From positions 97 to 64,096 of the forward strand of contig DYEV01000036.1 of NCBI GenBank assembly GCA_020725545.1: a DNA stretch of 64,000 bases. The letters are read 5' to 3'. Numbering within the stretch: position 1 is the stretch's first letter; each line of letters opens with the position of its first letter. The position numbers and the translations under genes were made by a program. Origin of the DNA: Desulfobacca sp. (GTDB taxonomy: Bacteria; Desulfobacterota; Desulfobaccia; Desulfobaccales; Desulfobaccaceae). Positions 1-9,233 of this stretch are shown here, piece after piece. Below the pieces are notes generated by a model. That model searched no databases, was not told the origin of the DNA, and saw only the letters and a program-made list of their open reading frames with translations.

Positions 1-508
1 AATCCCCTTTATGCAACGGTCTCATAATATTGTCGGCGACCATTTGAAAATACACCGGCCGGGCCGTGTAAAAAACGCGGTATTTGGTTGATCCGATATC
101 AAGGTAGTTGTAGTTGAGCAGCCCAGCCAACTGTCCGGAATTATTAAAGAAACGCAGGGTCGGCGTGAGAGTGACATTATTGCTGAACATGTCAAACTGG
201 CCGAGGCGAAAATGGAAGTTCTGATTTAAGGAGTACTGGGCCAAGATGCCGAGATCAGAGGTTACTTGGTAGGTGTAGCCGGCCGTGAGATTGTGTTCAT
301 AAAAAAAATCTCCTTTGCCAAAGCCGAGGCGGTTGGTTTCATCGTCCAGATCCATAGGTCGGGATGGAACATTGGAGTCAAAACCAAACCCAGCCGTGAC
401 ATCCAGTTGCAACGGTAGGGCCTTCTCGGCCGCTCCCAAGGCCGGGCCACCACCCCCGAAAGTCAGGATAAAAATCAGCCAAAAGACCAAAAGCCATGGA
501 TTCATCAT
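1..508 (-). CDS. secreted, outer-membrane beta-barrel-like protein; N-terminal part only (3' end lies beyond window start)
   Basis: Hand translation of the minus strand from ATG 508 gives MMNPWLLVFWLIFILTFGGGGPALGAAEK..., open through to base 1. A hydrophobic signal peptide is followed by beta-strand-like alternating segments (YEHNLTAGYTYQV, FHFRLGQFDMF). It is absent from the ORF track because no stop lies in the window. Confidence 0.5.
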   Translation of the reverse strand, partial: MMNPWLLVFWLIFILTFGGGGPALGAAEKALPLQLDVTAGFGFDSNVPSRPMDLDDETNRLGFGKGDFFYEHNLTAGYTYQVTSDLGILAQYSLNQNFHFRLGQFDMFSNNVTLTPTLRFFNNSGQLAGLLNYNYLDIGSTKYRVFYTARPVYFQMVADNIMRPLHKGD

Positions 509-721
509 GAATTCCCCCCTTTTATGGTAACAGTTCTCCTTTTCGGGGCAATCAACAAACCTCTCCCCCGGTTGCCCCTATCACCGATCTTCATAGTGAC
601 TTATTGAGTGTTATGAATGTTTGAAAAGAACGATGAATTTGCCTTCAATACCACAAGATTATTTTTAATGTCAAGAATAATGGTAACTTTGTGAATAAAT
701 TAATTCACAGAATGAAGATGC

Positions 722-1747
722 CTAATAGGCCAGCAGCACTTGGATGGCTTCGCCGGGGTTGCGGGCCAGAAGGTCATAGGCCGTGGCGGCCTGGAGGAAG
801 GGGATAGTGTGGGTAATCAGCGGCGTCAGGGTGAGGTTTTGGAGCAGCTGCCAGGCTTGGGCCAGAAGCCGGGGTTTGTTCCAGCGGCCGCTCAGGGCCG
901 GAGAGATGGTGCTCACCTGGCTGCTGAGGAGGCGGATGCGGCTGCGGTGGAAGACGCCGCCTAGATGCAGGCTGGCAGGCTTGCGGCCATACCAGGAACC
1001 GACGACGATGCGGCCGTGGAAACCGGTGATGGCGATGGCTTGATCCAGGGCGGTGGGGTGGCCGGAGACCTCATAAGACAGGTCAGCCCCGGGATAGTAA
1101 CAGCCCGCGGGCAACAGGGCCCGAAGCTTGGTCAGACACGAGGGATCGCCGGGATCCAGGCTGGCGGTGGCCCCCAGCGTCTCCGAGGCCAGGCGGCGGC
1201 GGGGGTAAAGGTCTAACGTCAAAAGCGCCGCCAAGGGTAGCCGCGCCAAGACGGCGGTCAAGAGCAGACCGATGATCCCCTGGCCAAAGACTACTACCTG
1301 CTCTCCCAACAGCGGCGCACCGTCCAACGCCAAAGTTACGGCCGTCTCCATATTGGGCAGGAGGGCAGCCGCTTCCGGGCTGATTCCCGGCGGCACCGGG
1401 TGCAGCTCGTCGAGAGCGGCCACGAAATGACTCTCGTGGGGATGGAAGGCAAAGACCAGGCGGTCCTGCCAGGCAGGAGGCACCTCAGGGCCGGCGGCTA
1501 TCACCTGCCCCACTGCGGCATAGCCATACTTCAGGGGATATCGAAAGGTCCCGGCCAAGGCCAGGATGGTGGCATCCACGGGTATCTCCGTGGGAAACAG
1601 GTTATTATAGATCAAGAGCTCGGTGCCCGGACTGATGGCGGAAACCAGTGTTTGCACCAGGACCTGCCCGGGGCCAGGTAGCGGCAGGGGTTCTTCTCGG
1701 ACCACCGCCTGTCCCGGACCGTCAAAGTATAAGGCCTGTCGCAGCAT
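722..1747 (-). CDS. medium-chain dehydrogenase/reductase (zinc-type alcohol dehydrogenase-like) oxidoreductase
   Basis: 341-aa ORF with a GroES-like N-terminus (GQVLVQTLVSAISPGTELL) and a Rossmann motif (VVVFGQGIIGLL). Its ATG abuts the stop of the upstream RibD-C-like gene. Confidence 0.7.
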   Translation of the reverse strand: MLRQALYFDGPGQAVVREEPLPLPGPGQVLVQTLVSAISPGTELLIYNNLFPTEIPVDATILALAGTFRYPLKYGYAAVGQVIAAGPEVPPAWQDRLVFAFHPHESHFVAALDELHPVPPGISPEAAALLPNMETAVTLALDGAPLLGEQVVVFGQGIIGLLLTAVLARLPLAALLTLDLYPRRRLASETLGATASLDPGDPSCLTKLRALLPAGCYYPGADLSYEVSGHPTALDQAIAITGFHGRIVVGSWYGRKPASLHLGGVFHRSRIRLLSSQVSTISPALSGRWNKPRLLAQAWQLLQNLTLTPLITHTIPFLQAATAYDLLARNPGEAIQVLLAY

Positions 1748-2467
1748 TTAATCCTGCCAATCCGGTCGCCCCCGCACCACCAGGTCAACGCCGATCTGTT
1801 GATAGACAACCTGGGTCAGGCGAGGCAAGCCATTGGAGCGGGGCAAGTGCTGGACGTCGAGCACCCGGACGCCGCCCACCAAAACCGGGGCGATGGTGAC
1901 AATGAGCTGATCCACCGCACGACTGCTAAGAAAACTGGTAATGACTTGGGCGCCGCCCTCCACCATGAGACTGTGGATGCCCTTCTCCCGCAGCATCGTG
2001 AGCAGCGCCGGGAGATCAATGCCACCGTTGCGGGCCGCCGGCAGGCGAAAAACCGTGGCGCCAGCCTCCTCCAAAGTCCGCTGCCGCGTTGCCGCCGCCG
2101 TGGTGCCGGTGATAATCCAGGGAGAATGAGAGGGATGGCGGAGTAATTTGGCAAAAGGAGGAAAACGCAGGCGGCTGTCCAGGATCAACGGTTGGGGATT
2201 AGGGCCCTCTACCAGACGCACCGTCAGACTGGGGTCGTCGGCCAGGACCGTGCCGATGCCCACTAAAATGGCATCATGGGCGGCCCGCAGAGCATGGGTC
2301 ATGGTCTGGGATTCCCGGCAGCTGAGGGCCAGAGGGTGCCCGGGCCGCGCCGCGATGGCGCCGTCCAGACTCTGGGCATACGTGAGCGTCACATAAGGAC
2401 GGCCTGTCTGTTCAGCAGAAGCCGCCGCCTTGGCAGCTAATGAGGTCGCCTCTTCCAGAATTGCCAT
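1748..2467 (-). CDS. RibD C-terminal-domain reductase (diaminohydroxyphosphoribosylaminopyrimidine reductase-like)
   Basis: Start re-picked to the internal ATG at 2467 (MAILEEATS...). The sequence PYVTLTYAQSLDGAIA...HDAILVGIGTVLADDPSLTVR...MVEGGAQVITSFL is typical of RibD_C. The upstream 76 codons of the track ORF look non-coding. Confidence 0.75.
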   Translation of the reverse strand: MAILEEATSLAAKAAASAEQTGRPYVTLTYAQSLDGAIAARPGHPLALSCRESQTMTHALRAAHDAILVGIGTVLADDPSLTVRLVEGPNPQPLILDSRLRFPPFAKLLRHPSHSPWIITGTTAAATRQRTLEEAGATVFRLPAARNGGIDLPALLTMLREKGIHSLMVEGGAQVITSFLSSRAVDQLIVTIAPVLVGGVRVLDVQHLPRSNGLPRLTQVVYQQIGVDLVVRGRPDWQD

Positions 2468-2810
2468 GGTGCTGCTCCCTATGAAACGCCGACCGCGGCA
2501 CGATCCGCCTGCCAGGCGCCAGAGGCAGTGGGCGCCCGGCCGGTCCCGCCAGGTTCCGGGCCCGCAAGCAGCCGCAGCAGTAATGCAACCTAACAAGCCA
2601 GGAGGCGGCCCAAACGCCTTAGCTTTTTGACCGATGGCCATCATGATATAATAAAATATATACCCTGACAAGATGGGGCAAAGCACCACGGCCACCGAAA
2701 TAATTTGCTTCGGACCGCCGGATGCTTACCTTTTGGTTGTTCAAGGAAAAGATGGTAATAACCTGGCCGCGGCTCAGCCGCAGGGTGCAGCCTAATCTCG
2801 ATAAGGTATT

Positions 2811-4187
2811 ATGAAAACTCTTTTATCTCGAAAAACTTTCGTTTGGCGGATCATTCTGCCGGTCGTGGCCGTATTGGTGTTAGGTGGCCTGCTCTGGTTC
2901 TGGTGGGCCAGAGACAACGGCGCGGACACTTTCCGTCTGGCCACGGTGAGCCGGGGCGATCTGGAGGTGACGGTCAGCGCCACCGGCACCGTCCAACCCG
3001 AAGAATTAGTGGATGTGGGTGCCCAGGTAGCCGGCAAGATCGTCGCCTTCGGCCTGGATGTGGACGGCAAGTCGGTGGATTATGGTTCGGTGGTCAAGGC
3101 CGGCATGATCCTGGCCCGCATTGATGACGCCATTTACAGCGCCGAGGTCTCCCAGGCCACGGCGCAGTTGGCCCAGGCCCGGGCCAATGTGCAGCGGGCC
3201 CAGGCCGATCTGGGGCAGCTGAAGGCCAAACTCTTCCAAGCCGAAAACGATTGGGGCCGGGCCAAACAATTGGGTCCCTCCGAGGCTTTGTCGCAGAGTG
3301 ATTTTGACGCTGCCAAATCGGCCTATGAGGTGGCCCGGGCCAATCTTAGCGTCGGGGAGGCGGCCCTGCGCCAGGCCAAAGAAGCGGTGGCCCAGGCCGA
3401 GGCCACCCTGCGCAAGGCCAAACAGAATCTGGACTATACGACGATCCGCTCGCCGGTGGACGGCGTCATCATTGACCGCCGGGTGAATATCGGCCAGACG
3501 GTGGTGGCCAGCCTCAATGCCCCCAGCCTCTTCCTCATCGCCAAGGATCTGAAGCGCCTGCAGATTTGGGTGCCGGTGAACGAAGCCGATATCGGCAACA
3601 TCCAGGTGGGCCAGCCCGTTTCCTTTACCGTGGACGCTTTTCCACAGGATACCTTTGTGGGCCAGGTGGGCAAGATCCGCCTGAACGCCACCATGACCCA
3701 GAATGTGGTCACCTATACGGTGGAGGTGACCTTTGACAACTCTGACGGCCGGCTGATCCCTTACCTGACGGCCAATGTTAAGTTCCTGCTGGACACCCAC
3801 CGGGATGTGCTCCTGGTGCCCAATGCCGCCTTGCGTTGGAAGCCCCAGCCGGAACAGATTGGCGCCGCCTGGCGTAATCAGCCAAAAAGCAGCCAACCGA
3901 GTGGCGGCCATGGTGCCGTAGCCGGCACCTATAGCTCGGCCGCCGCCAAAGACCTGAAAAAAACCCGGGAACAAGGGACCATCTGGGTGCCGACCGGGGG
4001 CTCGGTGCGGCCGGTGACGGTCCAGGTCGGCGCCAGTGACGGCAATTTGACCGAGATCAAAGGAACGGAGATTTCTGAAGGCCTGCAAGTAGTTGTAGCC
4101 AGCGAACCAGGGGAGGGCGGGTTTACCTCGGTTTCCAGTCCTTTTACGCCCAAACTCTTCAAAGACAAACGTCGGCCGCAACACTAA
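2811..4187 (+). CDS. macA: efflux periplasmic adaptor (membrane fusion protein, MacA/HlyD family)
   Basis: 458 aa with an N-terminal TM helix, a coiled-coil hairpin (AQLAQARANVQRAQADL...) and lipoyl/beta-barrel motifs. It lies directly upstream of a MacB-type gene. Confidence 0.85.
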   Translation: MKTLLSRKTFVWRIILPVVAVLVLGGLLWFWWARDNGADTFRLATVSRGDLEVTVSATGTVQPEELVDVGAQVAGKIVAFGLDVDGKSVDYGSVVKAGMILARIDDAIYSAEVSQATAQLAQARANVQRAQADLGQLKAKLFQAENDWGRAKQLGPSEALSQSDFDAAKSAYEVARANLSVGEAALRQAKEAVAQAEATLRKAKQNLDYTTIRSPVDGVIIDRRVNIGQTVVASLNAPSLFLIAKDLKRLQIWVPVNEADIGNIQVGQPVSFTVDAFPQDTFVGQVGKIRLNATMTQNVVTYTVEVTFDNSDGRLIPYLTANVKFLLDTHRDVLLVPNAALRWKPQPEQIGAAWRNQPKSSQPSGGHGAVAGTYSSAAAKDLKKTREQGTIWVPTGGSVRPVTVQVGASDGNLTEIKGTEISEGLQVVVASEPGEGGFTSVSSPFTPKLFKDKRRPQH

Positions 4188-4226
4188 GAGGCGGGGGCCA
4201 GCAGTTGAGGCTGCGGTCGGATACCC

Positions 4227-6347
4227 ATGAAACTCTTAGAATTACGTGATATTTATAAGACCTACCAATTGGGCGAGATCCAAGTCCCGGTCCTAAAAGG
4301 GATCTCCTTGGATGTTGCCCAAGGGGAATTCGTCGCCCTCATGGGCACCTCCGGCTCTGGCAAGACCACCCTGATGAACATCTTGGGATGTCTGGATCGG
4401 CCTTCTTCTGGCCAATATTGGCTGGATGGCCAGGAAGTCTCTACCCTGTCGGCGGATGAACGGGCCCAACTGCGCAATCAGAAGCTGGGATTTGTCTTTC
4501 AAACTTTTAACCTCCTGCCCCGCACCAGCGCCCTGGAAAATGTCCTCATGCCGCTGTCTTACAACGGCATGCACCTGGCCGAGGACGATGCCCTGGCCAA
4601 GGCCCGATCTTTACTGCAGCGGGTGGGACTGGGAGAACGGCTCGACTATGAGCCCTCCCAACTGTCCGGCGGCCAGCAGCAGCGGGTGGCCATCGCCCGG
4701 GCCCTCGTCAACAATCCCGCCGTCCTGCTGGCCGATGAACCCACCGGCAACCTGGACGCCCAGACCACCGAAGAGGTCCTGGAGATCTTCCGTCGTCTCA
4801 ATGAGGAAGGGGTAACCATTATCCTGGTGACCCACGACGAGGCGGTGGCCAAAGTAGCCAAGCGGGTCATCCGCATTCATGACGGCCGGATTGCTGCCGA
4901 CGACACCACGCCGAACCCGGAGCCTCGGTCCGAAGAGGTGGCTGCCGCGCCCCTGCAAGGGAGATACTGGGGTTTGGCCCAGCTCAAATGGTTGTTGCGC
5001 ACCAGTTTCCATGGTCTGCGCCGCAATATCCTGCGGGCGGCCCTGACGGCCCTGGGCATTATTATCGGCGTCGCCGCCGTCATCGCCATGATGGAAATCG
5101 GCCGGGGGTCGGCCACGGCCATTAAACGCACCATCGCCAGCATGGGGGCCGACAACCTGCTGATTTTGCCGGGTACGGCCGCCAGCGGCGGCATCAGTTT
5201 CGGCATCGGCACCGCCGTCACCCTGACGCCCCAGGATGCCGAAGCTATCCTCAAAGATATTCCTGGCGTCCGGGCCGTGGCGCCGGTGGTCCGGGCTCGG
5301 ATTCAGGTTGTTTATGGCAACCGCAACTGGGTGCCCATCTATATCTATGGCACCACGCCGGAGTTTCTCGACGTGCGCCAATGGCCCTTGACCGCCGGAG
5401 AAATGTTCACCGAGCAGGATGTGCGCAACGCCAGCAAGGTCTGTCTGGTGGGCCAGCGTCTGGTCCGAGAGCTTTTCGCCGGGGAAGACCCCATTAATAA
5501 AGAGGTGCGGCTGAACAATATCCCTTTCAAGGTCATCGGTGTCCTCAGCGCCAAGGGGGCCAATATGATCGGGGTCGATCAGGACGACATCCTCCTGGCG
5601 CCTTGGACCACCTTGCGCTACCGGGTCACCCGTGCGGCTCTGACCAACGTCAATCAGAGCGCCACTACCTCAAGCACCACCTCTCAGGTGAACACCTTGA
5701 ATAAACTGTATCCCACCGACAAACTCAAACTCTATCCGGAGCAGTCGGCCTCTCAGGCTGCCAACAATCCGCTGCCGGTGCGTTTCACCAACATCGATCA
5801 GATCATGGTGGCAGCCCGCTCCCCCCAGGATATCCCTGAGGCCATTGAGCAGATCACCGCGCTTCTTAGGGAGCGGCACCGGATCAAACCCGATGAGCCG
5901 GAAGATTTCCAGATCCGCAATATGACCGAAATGACCTCGGCCTTTACCTCCACTGCCAACCTCATGACCAAGCTGCTCCTGGCCGTGGCTTTGATTTCCC
6001 TCATCGTCGGCGGCGTCGGCATCATGAACATCATGCTGGTCTCCGTCACGGAGCGCACCCGGGAGATCGGTCTGCGTCTGGCCGTGGGGGCCTGGCGCCG
6101 GGACATCCTCCAGCAATTCCTCACCGAGGCCGTCCTCCTCTGCTTCTGTGGCGGCCTCCTGGGCATCGCCATCGGCCGGGGCATCTCGGTGCTCATCCGC
6201 CAGGTCCTCAACTGGCCCACCGAACTATCCCTCGGGGCCATCGCCGTCTCGTTTATCGTCTCGGTGGCCGTGGGCATTATTTTCGGCTTCTACCCGGCCT
6301 GGAAGGCGTCAAGGCTTGATCCCATTCAGGCCCTGCGGTATGAATAG
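4227..6347 (+). CDS. macB: MacB-type fused ABC ATPase-permease
   Basis: Walker A (GTSGSGKTT), signature ([15 protein letters not shown]) and Walker B (LLADEPTGNLD) are followed by a periplasmic domain and an FtsX-type 4-TM C-terminus ending DPIQALRYE. Confidence 0.9.
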   Translation: MKLLELRDIYKTYQLGEIQVPVLKGISLDVAQGEFVALMGTSGSGKTTLMNILGCLDRPSSGQYWLDGQEVSTLSADERAQLRNQKLGFVFQTFNLLPRTSALENVLMPLSYNGMHLAEDDALAKARSLLQRVGLGERLDYEPSQLSGGQQQRVAIARALVNNPAVLLADEPTGNLDAQTTEEVLEIFRRLNEEGVTIILVTHDEAVAKVAKRVIRIHDGRIAADDTTPNPEPRSEEVAAAPLQGRYWGLAQLKWLLRTSFHGLRRNILRAALTALGIIIGVAAVIAMMEIGRGSATAIKRTIASMGADNLLILPGTAASGGISFGIGTAVTLTPQDAEAILKDIPGVRAVAPVVRARIQVVYGNRNWVPIYIYGTTPEFLDVRQWPLTAGEMFTEQDVRNASKVCLVGQRLVRELFAGEDPINKEVRLNNIPFKVIGVLSAKGANMIGVDQDDILLAPWTTLRYRVTRAALTNVNQSATTSSTTSQVNTLNKLYPTDKLKLYPEQSASQAANNPLPVRFTNIDQIMVAARSPQDIPEAIEQITALLRERHRIKPDEPEDFQIRNMTEMTSAFTSTANLMTKLLLAVALISLIVGGVGIMNIMLVSVTERTREIGLRLAVGAWRRDILQQFLTEAVLLCFCGGLLGIAIGRGISVLIRQVLNWPTELSLGAIAVSFIVSVAVGIIFGFYPAWKASRLDPIQALRYE

Positions 6348-6496
6348 CAGGTCTCCATTCTTTAGTATCTTGGCACGCCCGCTATCCTGAGGAGTCCGAA
6401 AGGGGTAACACCAATTTGGTCAAAAGGCCAATGGATATTATTCTGGTTCCCAAGATCCGGCTGGGAAACGAGCTGCATCGAGTAAAGGGAAATACT

Positions 6497-7948
6497 ATGT
6501 CGGCCTGGACGACATTGTTACTTTTCTGTTTTTTTATGGTGGGCTGCGCCGTCGGACCTAACTTCGTGCCACCCCGCACCCAGGTGCCCGAGACCTGGGA
6601 GGCCCAGGAGGTGGTGGGGCCGGCCCAGGAGAGCAAGACCACCTTGGCACCGGCCGATCTGGCAGGCTGGTGGCGCTCTTTTCAGGACCCTACCCTCACT
6701 TCCTTGGTGGAGACGGCCCTTGCTACCAACCTGGACCTGCGCCAAGCCCAGGCCCGCATCCGTCAGGCCCGGGCCGCCCGGGGCATCGCCGGCGCCGGAC
6801 TCTACCCCCAGGTGGACGCCCAGGCCCTGTTTGAACGGAGCAGCGGTTCCAGCGCCCTGGTCGGTTCTCAGGGAACCACCGCCGTCGCCACCGGCCCGGC
6901 TTTCCGGGATCTCTTCCAAGTGGGGCTCGATGCCTCCTGGGAACTGGATATCTTCGGCGGCACCCGCCGCACTGTCGAGGCGGCCACTGCCGACCTCCAG
7001 GCCGCCGTCGAGGACCGCCGGGCCGTCCTGGTCTCCCTGGCCGGCGAAGTCGGGACCACTTACCTCAGCCTCAGGGGTTTGCAGCAGCAGTTGGCCATCG
7101 CCCGGCAAAACCTGGCAGCCCAGGAAAAGACGGCCCGCATCATCCGCAAACGCTATGAAGCCGGCTTCGCCAGCCGTTTGGACGTGGAAAACGCCGAGGC
7201 CCAGGTCAATACCACCGCCGCCCAGATCCCCCTCCTCGAGTCCAATATCCGGACCGCCATCTACAGCCTCAGCGTCCTCCTGGGGCAGCCGCCGGGCATG
7301 TTGGCGTCGGTCCTCCTCCGACCCCACCCCATCCCCACCACGCCCCCCCAGATTCCCGTGGGCCTCCCTTCAGACCTGGTCCGCCGGCGGCCTGACATCC
7401 GCCGGGCCGAAGCCCAGTTGCATGCCGCTACCGCCCGCATCGGCGTCGCCGTGGCCGACCTCTTCCCCCGCTTCTTCCTCACCGGCAGCGCCGGCTTCTC
7501 GGCCCGGGACGTCTCCCTCCTGGGCAGTGACAAAAGCCGCTTCTGGTCCTTCGGCCCCAGCCTCAGCTGGCCGGTTTTTGCCGGCGGCCGCATCCGCTGG
7601 AACATCGAACTCCAGGATGCCGTCCAGGAACAGGCCCTCCTGGCTTACCAGCAAACCGTCCTCACCGCCCTCAAAGACGTGGAGACCGCCCTGGTGGCCT
7701 ATGCCAAAGAACAGGAGCACCGCCAATCCCTCATCCAGGCCGTGGCCAATAACCGCCAGGCCGTGGACCTGGCCATGAAGCTCTACCTGGCCGGCCGCAG
7801 CGATTTCCTCAACGTCCTCACCGCCCAGCGCTCCCTTTTCGTCACAGAGGAGGCCCTGGCACAGTCAACCCGCAACTTGGCCGTCAACCTCGTCGCCCTC
7901 TATAAAGCCCTGGGCGGCGGCTGGAAAGACCTGCCGCCTGGCTCTTGA
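6497..7948 (+). CDS. outer membrane efflux lipoprotein (NodT/TolC family OMF)
   Basis: Start re-picked to ATG 6497 (MSAWTTLLLFCFFMVGC, a lipobox with Cys), preceded by AAAGGGA. Both halves carry the typical OMF repeated coiled-coil and beta motifs. It completes a MacA-MacB-OMF operon. Confidence 0.85.
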   Translation: MSAWTTLLLFCFFMVGCAVGPNFVPPRTQVPETWEAQEVVGPAQESKTTLAPADLAGWWRSFQDPTLTSLVETALATNLDLRQAQARIRQARAARGIAGAGLYPQVDAQALFERSSGSSALVGSQGTTAVATGPAFRDLFQVGLDASWELDIFGGTRRTVEAATADLQAAVEDRRAVLVSLAGEVGTTYLSLRGLQQQLAIARQNLAAQEKTARIIRKRYEAGFASRLDVENAEAQVNTTAAQIPLLESNIRTAIYSLSVLLGQPPGMLASVLLRPHPIPTTPPQIPVGLPSDLVRRRPDIRRAEAQLHAATARIGVAVADLFPRFFLTGSAGFSARDVSLLGSDKSRFWSFGPSLSWPVFAGGRIRWNIELQDAVQEQALLAYQQTVLTALKDVETALVAYAKEQEHRQSLIQAVANNRQAVDLAMKLYLAGRSDFLNVLTAQRSLFVTEEALAQSTRNLAVNLVALYKALGGGWKDLPPGS

Positions 7949-7970
7949 TGAAAGATTATGGGTTTTTGTA

Positions 7971-8122
7971 GGGGAGGGGGCCGGGGACCGAGGGTCCCCC
8001 CTGCCCTGAAACCCCACCCCCACCCCCGACGGCGGGTTTTGGCTCCGCCCAATGCCAAAAGGTTGCGGGGGTTGGGAGGGGAGTCTGAGGGGAGGGCGGG
8101 GGGCCGCCGGCCCTCCCCTCAG
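7971..8122. repeat. GC-run palindromic intergenic element (nested hairpins)
   Basis: Contains GGGGAGGGGGCC (7971-7982), hairpin GGGGACC-gag-GGTCCCC (7983-7999), TTTTGGC/GCCAAAA arms, TGCCAAAAGG (8053-8062) and a 13-bp stem at 8085-8097/8110-8122. A related copy lies at 34391-34458. Confidence 0.6.
8085..8122. terminator. strong hairpin between convergent genes (candidate bidirectional terminator)
   Basis: CTGAGGGGAGGGC (8085-8097) pairs perfectly with GCCCTCCCCTCAG (8110-8122). It sits between the OMF gene (+) and the DsrE-like gene (-). No clear U-tract is present. Confidence 0.45.
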
Positions 8123-8160
8123 GATAGCGGCTCCGCCAAGAGCCAAGCCTCGCCGCCGGG

Positions 8161-8517
8161 TTAGAACGAAAAGACTTTGCTGTCTACAGCCAGATCGATA
8201 AGGGTGACGCCCGTGCCGATCTCGCAGCCGGGCGGCAGGTCATCAGCGCCGATCAGGCGGGTTTCGGCGCAAGGTTTGCAGACCAGAATCTTGGCCTGTT
8301 TCTCCACCAGAAACTTCCAATAGCCGTTCATTTCATCGCCCGTCGGGGCCTTGACCCGCTCCATCAGAGACATATTAGTAAAATAGACGGCATCGTCCAC
8401 GAGAAAGACCGTCACCTCATGGCCTTTGTCCGCCGCAATCTTGGCAAATTGGAAACAGCGCACCGCCCGGATGGGATCTTCCGGGCCCCGGGAGAGGACA
8501 AAAAGAAATTTCGCCAT
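8161..8517 (-). CDS. DsrE/DsrF-like sulfur-relay family protein
   Basis: 118 aa, MAKFLFVLSRGPEDPIRAVRCFQFAKIAADKGHEVTVFLVDDAV..., matching the DsrE-fold pattern. An AGGAGG-type RBS lies upstream. Confidence 0.7.
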   Translation of the reverse strand: MAKFLFVLSRGPEDPIRAVRCFQFAKIAADKGHEVTVFLVDDAVYFTNMSLMERVKAPTGDEMNGYWKFLVEKQAKILVCKPCAETRLIGADDLPPGCEIGTGVTLIDLAVDSKVFSF

Positions 8518-8621
8518 CGCAACCTCCTGAGGTGAACATTTGTTCTATAATACGACGCCGGCCTTCTGGTTGGCAAGTCAAATCAGGGGCCACTTTTTCG
8601 TGGGCCGTGAGCCATACGCCT

Positions 8622-8646
8622 GGGCGGGCACGGCGGCCCGCCCCAC
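8622..8646 (+). repeat. 25-nt GC hairpin element GGGCGGGCACGGCGGCCCGCCCCAC
   Basis: 8-bp stem GGGCGGGC/GCCCGCCC. The reverse complement of 60581-60605 matches it at 24 of 25 positions. Confidence 0.6.
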
Positions 8647-9189
8647 TAAAAAGTGTCCATGCGCAAAGCCCCTAATTCCCTCGGCCCGCTTGCAAGAGGA
8701 TAGACCGGAGACATGGATAACACCTGTTCGGGGACCTAACTACCACTTTCTTTGAGTCATTTTCGACAGCACGATGCTCATTTTGCCACTTTTTGAGAAT
8801 CAACTGCTTGAAAATACTTGCTTCCAATTTTTTCAATTTTAAAAGTGTGGTGCCAAGTTATTTTCAGCTAATTACGGTTTGCTCCGCTCTTTGGGCAAAT
8901 TCAGCGACAACCTGGGAGTGGTGGAGGCGGTCCGAACTTCGGGATTGGCGGCCAGGACCGCGAAGCAGTGGGGGCCGGCTGTGGTCTTTGGGCGGTTGTG
9001 GGAAAAGCAGCGTAATCGCCTCCTCGCCCATCCTGTAAACCTTGTAGTGCCAAACACTTTTTTGTACTGTTTAACCTGCTGTTATCGCATAACTATTTTT
9101 GTCTTGCTATCGAATTTCAGTCTGAGATAATGTTAACTACCTGCCTTTTTCACCTCCATTTTTTATTGCCATATTTGCTGTAATTAAAA

Positions 9190-9233
9190 ATTGCCCCGGA
9201 AAAAAATGTCAGAGACACTTTTTAAGGGGCAAT
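9190..9233 (-). terminator. hairpin plus T-run downstream of tRNA-Ser
   Basis: ATTGCCCC (9190-9197) pairs with GGGGCAAT (9226-9233), with additional internal pairing. On the minus strand the hairpin is followed by TTTTTAATTA. Confidence 0.5.

Noticed and set aside
2468-2700. Possible FMN (RFN) riboswitch in the ~210-nt GC-rich leader of the RibD-C-like gene
   Set aside because: Only a loose GGGACCGGCCGGG resemblance to the CCGACCGGCGGU core was found. The GGGUGAAAUUCCC and AGUCCGGAUG-type conserved blocks are absent.
3006-4184. Long antisense ORFs opposite well-supported genes (e.g. 3006..4184, 4611..5381, 6720..7778, 10916..11836, 18202..19008, 20528..21931, 24047..25572, 28347..29603, 33391..34380, 35991..36905, 41102..42022, 45961..46902, 53749..55062, 56721..57791, 59538..60554, 61204..62235)
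   Set aside because: All lie opposite genes with clear family signatures. Their products are low-complexity and Arg/Gly/Pro/His-rich. Such shadow ORFs are expected in GC-rich DNA.
8940-8985. SRP (4.5S) RNA-like motif GGCCAGGACCGCGAAGCAGUGG with a GNRA-type GCGA loop
   Set aside because: The conserved domain IV pattern (AGGUCC-GGAA-GGAAGCAGC) is not reproduced. The 3' strand lacks the GGA that should pair with UCC, and no flanking helix 5 pairing could be drawn.
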